DNA of 64,000 nucleotides, from the NCBI GenBank assembly GCA_043228905.1, contig JBHGNT010000021.1, forward strand, positions 3,472,001-3,536,000, given 5' to 3'. This DNA comes from Azolla caroliniana (lineage: Eukaryota; Plantae; Polypodiophyta). Below the pieces are notes generated by a model, which worked only from the letters and a program-made list of their open reading frames with translations, was not told where the DNA came from and ran no database searches. A program made the translations under genes and the position numbers. Below, piece by piece: positions 44,322-57,055 of the stretch; the first letter of the stretch is position 1, and every line of letters starts with the position of its first letter.

Positions 44322-45330
44322 TTGGTATTTACAAATGCAACACCCAATGATTATGTTGTTTTTGTGCTTTTGAAAGCTTGTGCTAAGCTGAAAGTTGTGG
44401 AAAATGGCCAACAGATACATGCACATATTTGTGGGAATAGGGAAGTGGAAAGTAATGCTTTTTCTTTAATGGACATGTATTCAAAATGTGGTATGATAGA
44501 TCAAGTCAGAGATGTATTCGATAAGCTCTCAGTTCGTGATGTGGTGTCATGGAATGCATTAATAGCACGACATGGTCTTCATGATTGATATTAGGAAGTG
44601 TTGGAAGGTTTTGAGCATATGCAATGTCAAAGGATCATCCCAGATGAATAGTTGATGTCATGTTGGCTCATTTGAAAAAGCAAAAGAGGAGCAAGGTGAG
44701 GACGTGTTGATCAAGTCAAGAAGATGCAACTTTTGGAGATGAAGTCACATGTGCATGCATCTTGAAAGCTTGTGGGTGCATTAGATCCGCAAACAAGGGC
44801 AACGAGATACATTTCGATGCTGAGAGGAAAGGGCTTTTTCGAAAAAACCAACTTGCTTGAAATACACTAGTAGAGATGATTCGAAATGTGGCTTCCTAAC
44901 AAAAGCAAAGGCAGTGTTTGACAAACTTCCCATATGTGATACAGTGACATGGAATACATTGTTCATAGGTTATGTGCACTATGAGAATGACGAGGAGGCC
45001 CTTAATGCTTTTGAGCAGATGCAAAAGAAGAGAATCTCTTCTAATTCTATCACATTTGTAGGTACTCTAAAAGCTTGTGCTAGCATTGGAGCAATAGAAA
45101 AGGGTAGAGAAATGCATGTAAAGATCGAGGAGATGGGGAGGCTAAAGAGAAACCAGGTTGTTGGCAAAGCATTGCTTGATCTATATGCTAAGTGTGGAGT
45201 CTTAGAGAAAGCATTTGATATGCTTCCAACTCGAAATATAGTCTCTTGCAATGTTCTGATTACAGGATATCATCAAGTTGGAGAAATTGAAAATGTGTTT
45301 TTTGTATTTGACCAGATGAGAGGAAATTGA
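44322..45330 (+). pseudogene. PLS-class PPR pseudogene
   Basis: LLKACAKLK...GQQIHAHI, LMDMYSKCG...VFDKLSVRDVVSWNALI, VFDKLPICDTVTWNTL, ITFVGTLKACASIGAIEKG and ALLDLYAKCG, interrupted by stops and frameshifts. Confidence 0.9.
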
Positions 45331-46394
45331 GTTTTACCAAAGCCGGTTGGAAATGCTTGTAGTCATACAACCATGGTAGATAAAGGTCAAATATATTGTG
45401 AAGCCATGGTGATGAGCAATTATTACATATGCTGATGAGCATGTGAGAACGAAAGAATAATGACGTAGTATCTATCCACATATGGATACATGGATGAACA
45501 ATGAGAAACTACAATTTAGTGTTTAAGCTAATGATCACATGAGATGGAAAGAAGATTCTTGTATGTGTTCACCGTTCTTTGTAGTTTTATACTCTGAGTC
45601 TTTGAGTTATTTTTTTCTTTTTTATTGGCCTATCACGGTGTCGTGAAGAATTTCAGCCAGAGGCGGAAACCGGGAAATATTGGCTACATCGGTGGGGTGC
45701 ACCATGTGCACTCACCCTTGTGTAATTGTGTGAATAATAGGGGTTAAGTTGGGATGAAGAATCCCATGTAAATCGGGATTTATCCCACATTGTAATGCAT
45801 CCCTCTCCTTGTTCTATAAAAGGAAGGGATGGTCCCTTGTAGAAGGGTTGCCCGTTTTGTGTTAGAGGGTATACCATTAGGTTTAGAGTTAGTTTTCTTC
45901 TTCTTCTTCTTGGCGGGGAAGTCGACCGTTGAGGGCTGTCTCTGCTAGGTCTCCTGTGCAAGACCCCACTCCGCGTGACGAGCCTGAGAGCTCCCCGGAC
46001 GGCGGCTTGGCAACAGACTATTGCTGTAACCTACCTACCCTACCATGGTCCGGCTCGAAGCCGGGGTTGCATTCTTTCCCTTGTAATACTTACATTTGCG
46101 TTTGTCTGTGCATATTCGTGTCTCTGTTGGTGTCGGGCGCTTCCCCTTTCCTGCGTTTCCTGTACATAAGGGCGTGAGTCGGGTCGGCTTGTGTGTGTGT
46201 GTGTGTGTGCGCGCGCGAGTCGGTGTCAAGCGCGCGCTCCCTCTCTTTCTCTCTCTCCCTTTGGTTGCTTCCGGAGTGCTTCTGGGATGCCCCGGAAACG
46301 GTGAAGTACGACTTCCTACGCTCCGTGACTCCCTAGTCCAAGACCCCTGTGGTCCCGCCTTCCTCCACGCACGCGCGTAACAACGCGATATCTT

Positions 46395-46411
46395 TGGTGA
46401 ACCCGACGTGA
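46395..46411 (+). promoter_or_regulatory. Primer binding site, tRNA-Trp
   Basis: TGGTGAACCCGACGTGA is the complement of the plant cytosolic tRNA-Trp 3' end (UCACGUCGGGUUCACCA, from recall). Confidence 0.85.
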
Positions 46412-49400
46412 AAGGCAGCAAGGGAGGATGGAGTCGGAAGACGACGACCTCGCGGCGATGGTGGCCGAAGTGGTGTTGGAGTCAGCACGAGTGGTGATGA
46501 GGCGAGAAGCAGTGCAACAAGCGGTTGAGCGAGTGGTCGAAAGAGTCGGCCGTTTCAATGGGGACAAAGTCCCATCTTACTTGGAAGCCTACAACGCGGA
46601 AATGGAGGAGCGAGACGTGGACGAAGCGTTGAGGCTGGAATTCTTCTGTCGGGCTGTCGCCGTCCGTATGCACGCGTAAGTAAAGGAGCTCCGACAAGCT
46701 CATAGTTCGTGGGAGGCCTTTGAAGAGGCGCTCCTGCAGGCATATGGAGGACGGCGGAAGAGCCGGGGACGACACGACTTTGACTAGTGGGTCGCATTGG
46801 CAAAGACCCACCGGGGCTCGGCTCTCGGAGCGGGAACAAGGTTTGGTGGGGACGGACAAGGTCCTATTGTTCGTCAGGTCGATCGACCGAGCGGAACGGG
46901 AGGCCATCGGGATGGAGCTCGAAGATGATGACGGAGTAAATGGGCTTACGAAGGACTGGTCGAAGGTCGGAAGGGTGTGCCAACGGCTAGACGATGAGCG
47001 AGCCGAGAAGGCTAAGTGGAAGACGCGCGACGGCTTGCCATCATAGTGGGAAGAGGCCGAACGGCAAAGGGAGCTGGCAAGGGTCAACGTTGGGGCCAGG
47101 ATTGCGGAGGCGTACACAACTCTCGAGGCGATGCTCGAGGAAGAGGAAAGATCGAGGCCCCAAGCTGAGACCGAGGAGACGGTCTTGCCCCACGAGATGG
47201 CGGAAGATCGGTACCACGGTACCACGGGAGAGGGTGCGGAACAAAACGCCCTCTCGACTTGCGGAGAATTGCCAACCGAGGACAGGGTCGAGAGCGGAGA
47301 AGAACCCTCCACACGGATTCCGGAGACTTCGGCGGTCATGCCCGTGTGCCGTCATGAGGCCGGAGAGAAGGAAGGCGCCGACGAGGAGTCCTGGCACGAT
47401 GCCAACGAAGAGGGATGGGAAACGGCCTGCGAGGAGGCCAAGGATGGAGGCGGCATGGGAAGATCGACATTCCGATTCGGATGGAGCAGAATTCGGTCGT
47501 CGATCGTTCGATCGGGGCCGTATTCGGCATGAAAGTGCCGATACGGAAGAGGGTGCGGGACGAGCGGTCCTCTTTTACATGGGGAGAAAGACCGACCGGG
47601 CGAAGGTCGGGAATTGGAAGGGAAGTGGTCAAGGGTTCAGAACGAGTTCGGAGAGGTCGGCACCAGAACCGAAACTACGGATATTGGAGAACCAAGCCCA
47701 GGCGGGGCTTGGTTGATCACAAACCAGATGCTTCTCACCATACGTACTTGGGAGCAGTACCCCGAATGAGCGTCCGCAAATCGTTACGGGACGGAAGCCC
47801 CACGTCCTATCCGGAGACTTCGGTAGTTTGGCCGACGTGGCAACATGAGACCGAAAGAGATGGAGGATGGAGGCGAGAACGCGAAGAGGAGAGAAACGAC
47901 GAGTTCGGGAGAAGTACAAGGGATGAAGAGGAGAACGAAGACTGGTCCTACAGGATCCCCACACCAGTCCGGAGACCCCGGCAGTTCGGCCAACGTGGCA
48001 ATGTGAGACCTAGGGAGAAGGCTGGTGGCGACAAGAGAATGGGACCCAACAATCTGGAGAAGGACGAACGGACCCGGACGAGAACCGGGCGGAGCGGACT
48101 CCCGGATGACCATTCCGGGAGGGAGGAAGAGAGTAGGCCTACGAAGAGGCCGAGGAGACGGTACGTTAGTACCACGGGAGAGGGTGCGGAGTAAACCGCC
48201 CTCTCGGCATGCAAAGAAGGAAGACCCGGGATAAGGGTCAGAGATATGGCAAGCTCGAGGAGGATCCTTCACACCGGTTGTACAGAAACCGGCGGTCGGC
48301 CCGAGAGCCGATGCGAGGCCTAAAGTGACGAACAGTGGCGGCGAGGGGACGAAGGCAAAGGGCTACGGATGGGCGGTCTACGGAAATCCTCACACCGATC
48401 CGGCGGTCGGCCGGAGAGCCGGCTTGAGTCCTATAGGAAAGGACGATGGCGGCAGGTGAATGTGACCAACAGAAGAGAAAGGCGAAAGCAGAGTGGAGCA
48501 GCTGTGACCTTACACACACCGATTCTAGAGACTCCGGCAACCAACGACAAGAGGAGGAGTGAGACCTAGAGTAAGGGACGGTGGCGGCGGCAAGGCGGGA
48601 AACCGAAGCTAGAAGGGGAGGTCCCACGAAGACACTCACACCCATCCGGCGGTTGGCCCGAGTGCCAGCGTGAGTCCTATAGGGGAGATCAGTGGCGACA
48701 GGAGAACGTGATCGGACGACAGGAGGTGACGAATGGCAAGGAGGTATGAGGCCGACAAGGTGGCTACGGACCATCTCAAACCTTCCGGCGAGGTGAGTGG
48801 GCGTAAGGAAGTCCGGTCCTACGAGATCCCCACACTTAACCAGAGACTCCGGCAGTTCGGCCAACGAGGCAACATGAGACCGAGAGAGAAGGTTGGTGGC
48901 GGTGGGACACGGGACCTGACTACACGGAAGACACGAGGAGAGTCTGGGAGGGACTCAAACAAAAGACACCTGGATCTCGGCAAGCGACGAAACGATGACC
49001 GGTCCTATGGGACCCTCACACTGATCCGGAGACCCCGGCAGTTCGGCCAACATGGCAACGTGAGACCTGGGGAGAAGGATGGTGGCGGCAGGGAACGGGA
49101 CCCAACGACACGGGGTAGCGGATCGGGAGTCGGTAAGACGGGGCGGACGAAGTGCGAAACCCTCACCGGCCGGTTACGGTTTCGGAAGTTGCCGGTAGGG
49201 GCAAACATGGGAGGTGTGCTGGGCCGAAAAGGCACACCGGGGACGGAACAAGTGTCTTGCAAGTGGCCATCGTGGGCCGGATCGAAGCGTGACTACTGGA
49301 CGGTGTTCGGCACGGGCGGTGCCGAACAAAGGAAGCGGAAGACGGCACAAGGGAGGTGCCGGGAACGGGGTGACGGGTGCCTTGTGGACTGCACAGGGTC

Positions 49401-50444
49401 GGAGTCAGGGGATGACAAGAGAGGCCGGAGGAGGATCCTTCACGGTCGCTTCGTAGATCTCGGGAGCTCCATCGAAGTAACGAAGATTGACACGACAAGC
49501 CCGGGGTGACAAGCTGGTGGGGGTGAGGGGGACGACGGCAAGTGGGAAACTCAGGACCTGTTGCAACAACATGAGTGGTCGACGGAGGCCAAGCGGGCCA
49601 CTACGGGCATTCTCCAAGCGTAGGACATCGGGCATACGGCGGAGAACGGAGCGTGCATACGGCCGAACAAGGGCCAGTGGAAGTACGCATACTACGGAGA
49701 TCGCGGCGAAGGACCCATCGACGGGTCGAACGAGCCTACGGAGAGGTAAGCGCGAAGGGAGAACTGCAGCCGACGGTTCAAACTGGCACCGAGCCGGGAT
49801 GCGGATTACGGAAGACCGGTTTCTCACCGGCCGAAATCTCTCACCCTTCACCGGATATGGCACGTACTAGTGGACGTGCGGTTAGGTGGGGGCGGATGTC
49901 GTGAAGAATTTCGGCCAGAGGCGGAAACTGGGAAATATTGGCTACATCGGTGGGGTGCACCATGTGCACTCACCCTCGTGTAATTGTGTGAATAATAGGA
50001 GGGTTGTCTCTGCTAGGTCTCCTGTGCAAGACCCCGCTCCGCGTGACGAGCCCGAGAGCTCCCCAGACGGCGGCTTGGCAGCAAACTACTGCTGTAACCT
50101 ACCCTACCATGGTCCGGCTCGAAGCCGGGGTTGCATTCTTTCCCTTGTAATACTTACATTTGCGTCTGTCTGTGCATATTCGTGTCTCTGTTGGTGTCGG
50201 GCGCTTCCCCTTTCCTGTGTTTTCTGTACATAAGGGCGTGAGTCGGGTCGGCCTGTGTGTGTGTGTGTGTGTGTGTGCGCGTGAGTCGGTGTCAAGCGCG
50301 CGTTCCCTCTCTTTCTCTCTCTCCCCCTTCGGTTGCTTCCGGAGTGCTTCTGGGATGCCCCGGAAACGGTGAAGTACGACTTCCTACGCTCCGTCACTCC
50401 CTAGTCCAAGACCCCCGTGGTCCCGCCTTTCTCCATGCACGCGC

Positions 50445-51233
50445 TATCATGTTGTTACGCGCGCGCGTGGAGAAAAGCGGGACCACGTACGCCTCTGCAA
50501 TCCTGGCCTCAACGCCCCTTGCCAACTCCCTTTGTCGTTCGGCCTCTTCCCGCTGTGATAGCACGCCGTCGCGCTCCTTCCTCTTAGCCTTCTCGGCTCG
50601 CTCATCATTTAGCCGTTGGCACACCCTTCCGACCTTCGACCAGTCCTCCGTAAGCCCATTCGCTACATCATCGTCTTCGAGCTCAATCCCGATGGCTTCC
50701 CGTTCTGCTCGGTCGATCGACCTGACGAACAATAGGACTTTGTCCACCCCCACCAAACCTTGTTCCCGCTCCGGAAGCCGAGCAAGTCGTTGCTCGAACT
50801 CTCGGAACGCCTTGGTCGTGCCCTGGTGGGTCTTTGCCGATGCTACCCACTGGTCGAAGTCGTGTTGTCCCCGGCTCTTCCGCCGTCCTCCGTATGCCTT
50901 CAGGAACGCCTCTTCGAAGGCCTCCCACGAACTATGAGCCTCACGGAGCTCCTTTACTTCCGCATGCATCCGGACAGCTACAACCCGACAGACGAACTCC
51001 CGCCTCAACGCCTCGTCTATGCCACGCTCCTCCATATCCGCATTGTAGGCTCCCAAGTAAGATGGGACTTTGTCCCCGTTGAAACGACCGACTCTTTCGA
51101 CCACTCGCTCAACCGCTTGTTGCGCTGCTTCTCGCCTCATCACCACTCGTGCCGACTCCAACACCACTGGTGCACCCCGCCGATGTAGCCAATATTTCCC
51201 GGTTTCCGCCTCTGGCCGAAATTCTTCACGATA
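50445..51233 (-). mobile_element. 789-bp mini-element: LTR 5' tip, gag segment and LTR 3' tip, nested in LTR2 of A
   Basis: TSD GCGC at 50441-50444 and 51234-51237. About 66 bp of the LTR start is joined to gag (VLESARVVMRR...IAEAY), which is joined to about 42 bp of the LTR end. Termini are TA...TA. Confidence 0.85.
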
Positions 51234-52139
51234 GCGCGTAACAACGCGACAACGGCTACAACCTTTATAAGGTTGTTAGACTAATCATTTTGTCATGTAT
51301 GTGGAATTTCTACTAATGAAGAATATGTTTTTGGGAAAAAAAAAACTTTGTGCACCATACTCAAATTTTTGAGCTGAAAAATCTATTGCGACCATAGTAT
51401 GAACCATATGTACCATACGTACAATCATTCGAGTATGATAAACACCCAGAAGAATGGTAAATACCATACTTTTGGATTAACTATTTATTATGAGGTAAAT
51501 AAACCTAAAAAACGGAATTTTAAACAAAAAATAACCTTAAAAAAAGGGGGAAAAAAACTGAAGAATGTTTGAATAATATTTGCATTCGTTTTCCAACGTA
51601 GGAAAACGAATGTTATGCTAGATGAACACGAAGTTTACGGACTATGATTGTGACCTCAATCGATTATGACGGGATTATGACTCACTTTAGATAGTAGGCT
51701 TACCAAAACAATAATCCTTGTAAGTATTAAATTATTGTATCATATTCAAAGGTTTAAGAACTAATTTAGATCACGACTCCGTTACATGGAGTGGCCAAAC
51801 CAGTTCAACTTTGAAACTCCCAAATTGGTTAAATTTGCTTAATCGGTTTGGTTTGGACAAGAACAAACCGGTTAAGCTAAAATTGTACCATTGTTAGGGA
51901 GAGGGAGGGAGAGATTTTTATTAATATTTCTAAACCTTTTACAAAGGTTATTCTGACTCATTGTAACATATTCCTAGAGCTAAATCTTAAGCATATTTTC
52001 TTTTATTATAATTAGCACAAAAGGGCAATAGAAGCATGTGAAAGGAACCAAAACGGTTTCCAACTTGTAGAAAAGGGCAAGTGCTCTATTGTAAAAGCGG
52101 CCTTTGGGTGCCCTAACTTTGGGGCTACCTTTTGGCTAT

Positions 52140-53410
52140 CTACTTGGAAGTTTGCGAGGCGGTGGTTTGGGCCGTATGTGGTGACAAGCGCCAACGACAA
52201 TGCGGTATACCATCTAGCAAAGCTCGAGGGGACGAGGATCATGGTACCGGTTGTGGGTAAACAGATCAAAGCGTTTAAGAAGCGACACGAGTCGGAACCA
52301 GATCCGGAGGTGGAAGAAGAAGATGACGAGACTGAGGAGCCGGACGAGGACCTGATCGATGACGGATTGGAGGAGGAGGAGTAAGGAATGACCAGGAATC
52401 CTCACTGCTTCACTAGATCAACACATACTGAAGGATGTGCGGTTTGGTGGGGGTGGATGTCGTAAAGGATTCTGGCCATATGGGGAAAAACGGAGTCGGA
52501 TACATGTGAACGGGGGTGTACAAGGACGCACACAAATGAGTCCTTACATGCACATAAAACCTTAAAAATAACATAGGACTAATAAGTACTAGACAATGTG
52601 ATTTGGATGGGTACTTTAATGACCCACAAATTGAGAGGAATAAAAGTGTGTGATGGGAAAAAATTATGCAAAAGGATCTCTGACGAAAATGGTTGTCTTT
52701 ATGACTGATGTAACGACCTCTCCTTGAGCCATAAAGAGAGAGGACCAAGGGAGAAAAAGTGAGCCATTGACGGTTTTGGAGAACAAAGTGATGTCAGATT
52801 GAGCTCTGCAGGTTTCTAGCTTTTGTTCTGTCATTCCAATGAGCTTCCGCGATGCCTCTATTTGCGCTGGAAGCCCTTGTGCTCCTGATTAGAGGCTCAC
52901 TAGTGCCCGCGTGGGTGTGTTAAGAGCTCGAAGCTCTGTTACTAGCTGAGTCTGGGTGTATCTCCCTCTGTCTCAGTTTAATTGATTATCTCTGTTGTAC
53001 GCTGATTTCTCTGTGTCATTGTGTGAGTCTTTGTCTCTACTTGTATTCTTGTCTCTGTTCCCTCTCACCTATGTGTGTACTCGAGCATCTGAGCCCATGA
53101 GCTCATCGTTTTTACCCGGTGAGAGGTCCATAATTGTTTGGGTGTTAGGACAGTTTGAATGGCTAAGCATGTGTGCTCATCGCACCAGAATCCGACGTCA
53201 ATGTTGGAGCAGAGTGTGTGTCCAAGCCCATGTGTTGACCATCCGGTCTCTAGAGACGTTTTGGATTAGCTACGCGTCTTCGCCGCGTTTCAGTGAAGTT
53301 ATCCGGAAATGAGCCAGGTAGTCATTCTCTCCCACTTCTCTTATTGGTTCCTTCTTCCGAGACCCTGGTGGTCCCCCGGTGGTCCCGCTCTATTTCAACG
53401 TATACTCACA
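52140..53410 (+). mobile_element. 5'-truncated gypsy element C: integrase tail, PPT and LTR (52458 to about 53410)
   Basis: KFARRWFGPYVVTSANDNAVYHLAKLEG...KAFKKR, PPT GCGGTTTGGTGGGGGTGGA, then TGTCGTAAAG. Confidence 0.85.
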
Positions 53411-54067
53411 AAAAACCGGGATAGTGTGAATGAGGGTGTGCAAGTATGCACATGAACAAGGACTAATGTACAAAGAAATGTAGATATAGGTAGAGTATTT
53501 ATAAGTACTAGGTAGAGTAGTTAATGGGTACTTTAATGTCCCATAGAAAGAGAGGAATAATGGGATATGATGTGAGAGAGAATTGAGGAAGAATCGCTAA
53601 CATAAAATGGCTCTCATTAAGCATGATGTAACGGCCTCCCCTTGGTGCTATAAAAGGGGAGGTTTGAACTGTTGCAAGGGGGTACCGCGTTTGGGAGGGA
53701 GGAAGTGTTGCCATATTTCAGAGTTGACTGTTCACTTCCTGTCTTTGTCGTTGTATTGCGAGGCCTCTATTTGCGTTGGAAGCCCGAGTACTCCCGATCA
53801 GAGGCTCGCTGATGTCTGAGGGGTGTGTGAGTTGAGAGCTTAAAGCTCTATTGTCGACCGAGTCTGGTTGTACCTCTCTTTGTATGTTAGTTAATCGATT
53901 TGTCTTGTTGCATCTAGTTTTTTTTGTTTCTTGCGTGCCTCCTAATTTCGGTCACATTCTCGTCTCTGTTTCCCCTTTACCCATGTGTATACCCGAGCAT
54001 CTGAGTCGTGTGCTCTTCATCCGGTGTCCAAGGACTGGTCTGGAACAGTATACGCATTTGAGCCCAT
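53411..54067 (+). mobile_element. Partial LTR related to LTR C, cut by element D
   Basis: Colinear similarity with 52490-53100 (GAGCTTCCGCG/TTGCGAGGCCTCTATTTGCG.TGGAAGCCC, GAGTCTGG, CGAGCATCTGAG). TATAAAAG at about 53649. Confidence 0.75.
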
Positions 54068-57055
54068 TGTCGTAGTATTCCGTGTGGATGTGTCGAAACG
54101 GGGCGGGACCACGAGGGTCTTGGACCAAGGAGCCGGTGTGAGTAGGAAGGTTGTCCAGATCAGTTAGCGATTACGAGTCTGGTCCGAACTAGTTCCCGGA
54201 TGTCGGACGGTGAGCACACACACTCGGGTACGCGTATTGTTCTTTACCGGGAGCCGGCTGGCAGCGATGAGCTCTTGGCGCCATGCAAACAGAAACACAA
54301 CACAATAGGGATAGACTAGAAACAAGAACACGGGAAATCCGAAACACACGGGGAGACTCAACAAACCAACGATTAACAAAGGAAATTGGAAGGATTACAA
54401 CCGACCGTGGCCGGCAAAAGAGCTTTGACCTCACTGTAAATACTCACACACACTAGCGGGTCTCCAATCGGGAGCACACAGGCTACCAGCTCGAAGCGGA
54501 GGCCTCGCAGTATGAGGATAGGGGAAACCGGAAAACGGGGAACAAGAAATAAGCCTACAGAGCTTGATCCAGAAGCACTTCGTCCTCCCAAAATGTGTAT
54601 ACCCAAACAATCTCAAACCTCCCCCTTTTATAGCACAAAAGGGAGACTATTACATCGTGATCAATGTCAGAGATTCTCCCCGATTTCTTCACATCAAATC
54701 CCCGTATCCTCTCTATCCGTGGGGGGTCTTTAAAGCCCCATTAAATCCTAATCCCTACTGCTTACTAGTCCTATGCTATTTACATATGTTTGTACATAAA
54801 GACTTAAATTTTGTGTGCATCTGTGCACACACCCGTTAATGCGCATCCAGCTCCGTTTCTTTCTATGGCCGGAATCATTCACGACATCCATCCCCACCAA
54901 ACCGCACATCCTCTGGTATGTGCCAATTAGTGTAGTTGTGGGGATTCCGGCGTAGCTTTCACTCGTCCTCTCCTGGATCGTCACTGATTAGGTCTTCTTC
55001 CAGCTCCTCGCTCTCACTCCCGCCTTCTCCCGGCTCTAGATATGGTTCTGGCTCGTACTGCTTCTTGAAGGCCTTTATCCGCTTCCCCACCACCGGTACC
55101 GCAATCCTCGTCCCGTCAAGCTCGACAAGATGGTATGTCGCATTGTCATTGGAGGTTGTCACCACGTACAACCCGAATCACGTCCTCGCAAACTTCCGGG
55201 TCGATTGGTGCTGGTTACAAGGTTGTTGTTGTAGACCAACACCCAATCGTCCTCTTTGATCTTCTCCGGCCGGAGTCGGTGTGTTCGGTCGAACCGGCCC
55301 TTGTTCTTCTTCCATGCCTCTTCTATCATTGCCGTCGCTCGTCCCACGTCCTCCGGCCTTTGCTCGAGCTGTTGAATTCATGCCGCAAGCAACTCTTCCC
55401 GGCTCACCTCTCCCGACCAGTTGACCGCCAACCACAAAGAAATCGTCCTCTGCACTGGCATGATCGGCTTCTGTCCGAACATCAGCTCAGTCGACATGTA
55501 TCCCGTCACCGAAATGTGCGTAGTTCGGTCAGCCCATAAAGCGTAAGGCAGTAGTCTCGCCCAGTCCATTGCATGCCCTCACTAATGCTTTCACAATTGG
55601 TCCGTGTCTATGCTTGATCTTCCCATTGGCTTCTGGATTGTATGTCGTTGTGAGGGACAACTTGACCCCTAGCCTGTCAAACAACTCTTCGGCTTCTTGC
55701 GCATCTAGCTCCCCTTGGTCGGCCACGATCCTACTCACACACCCATACCGGCAAATCACATCTTCGATCAGGAACCGACATACGGCTGCGGTTGTCTTGT
55801 TCGTAAATGCTCAGCCCTTCACCTGATTCGTGAGGTCTTCTCTCGCAAGCACTAGGTACTGTATCTTTCCTACACCCATCGACATTGTTACTAAATCGAC
55901 CATCTACTTGAAGTGTATGGCTGGCGGGTAGGTCGGGTGTAGCTCGTCGCGGTGCCGGATACCGGAATGCATTTGACAGCTTTTGCATGTTGCCACGAAA
56001 TGATGCGTGTCGCGATACATTCCAGCCACCAATACTTCTCCTTCAATTTCTCGAATGTGGCCCATGTTCCCCGGTGTCCGGACCAAGGGCCCTCATGGAA
56101 TTCTGATAGGAGCACCGCTTGCTCTTCTTTCTTCGTCACCACCCAGAGTGGTGTGCCAGTTCGTCTCTTTAGGTGTTCCATATCTTACCGTTGTCGAGAT
56201 ATTACGCAAGTGCGTGTGAAAATGAGGCGGGACCGCGGGGGTCTCGAACCAAAGAGCAAGCAAGGGAGGAGAAAGAGAGAGAACCGGCTACGCAGGACCG
56301 GGGATACGCAGGGACACGGCCCTTCAGCACGGAGAACGCGAACAGACACCGACACAGACAGATGCGAATGACTAAATATGTGTATTAACAAAAATGGCTA
56401 ACACGACTACAACCCTCGATGGGGCACAGGTTGGTTACAACCGAACAGGCCGGCGAACAGATGCCGATGCCTGTTCGCTTCGACGCACAAACGGGGTAGC
56501 AGGTCGGAGGTGCTGCCGGAAGCACTCGGCGTTCCTCGAAACAGCGCGAGCCTCCTCGGAACCCTGCACAGGAGCTATGGAGCTCGAGAAGGAAGGAAAC
56601 ACAGAGAGAGAGAGAGAGAAGCGTCCAGAAACGGTCCGGCAGCACTTCGTCCTCTCCGCCCGAGATCCCTGCAACAGCTCTTTCCTGCTCCTTATATAGG
56701 CCGACGAGCAGGCCGTCATGTCAGCTTTATTCCCTGTCCCTTTTGGACAGGGATCCGCTCCGTTTTTCACGCATCCGCGTAGTTACGCCGCCGACTCGTA
56801 CAGTTCGCGCGCGCGACCGAAAAGACTGTTCGCGCAGTCTTTGTCTCCACTTGAGTTAGGGCCCGTTCCTGCCGATTATCCTCCTAATTCGCTTCTATGT
56901 ACAACTTGGAGCGTGCGCGCGTGAAGAACCGGTTCCCACGCCTTGGTGCGCCGATTCCGCCTATGGACGGTTTTCTTCACGACATCCGCCCCTACCTAAC
57001 CGCGCATCCTCCGGTATGCGCCAAGAGAGTTGGGACGGAGAAAACCGGCCCGTCT

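Larger units (their letters stand above)
45639..51251 (+). mobile_element. Non-autonomous (LARD-like) gypsy-family LTR element A
   Basis: LTR1 at 45639-46390. LTR2 at 49897-51251 is interrupted by a nested element and has a ~190-bp deletion. TSD ACGG at 45635-45638 and 51252-51255. PBS 46395-46411. G-rich PPT before 49897. Degenerate gag at about 46428-47150 with stops. No RT or integrase recognised. Confidence 0.9.
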
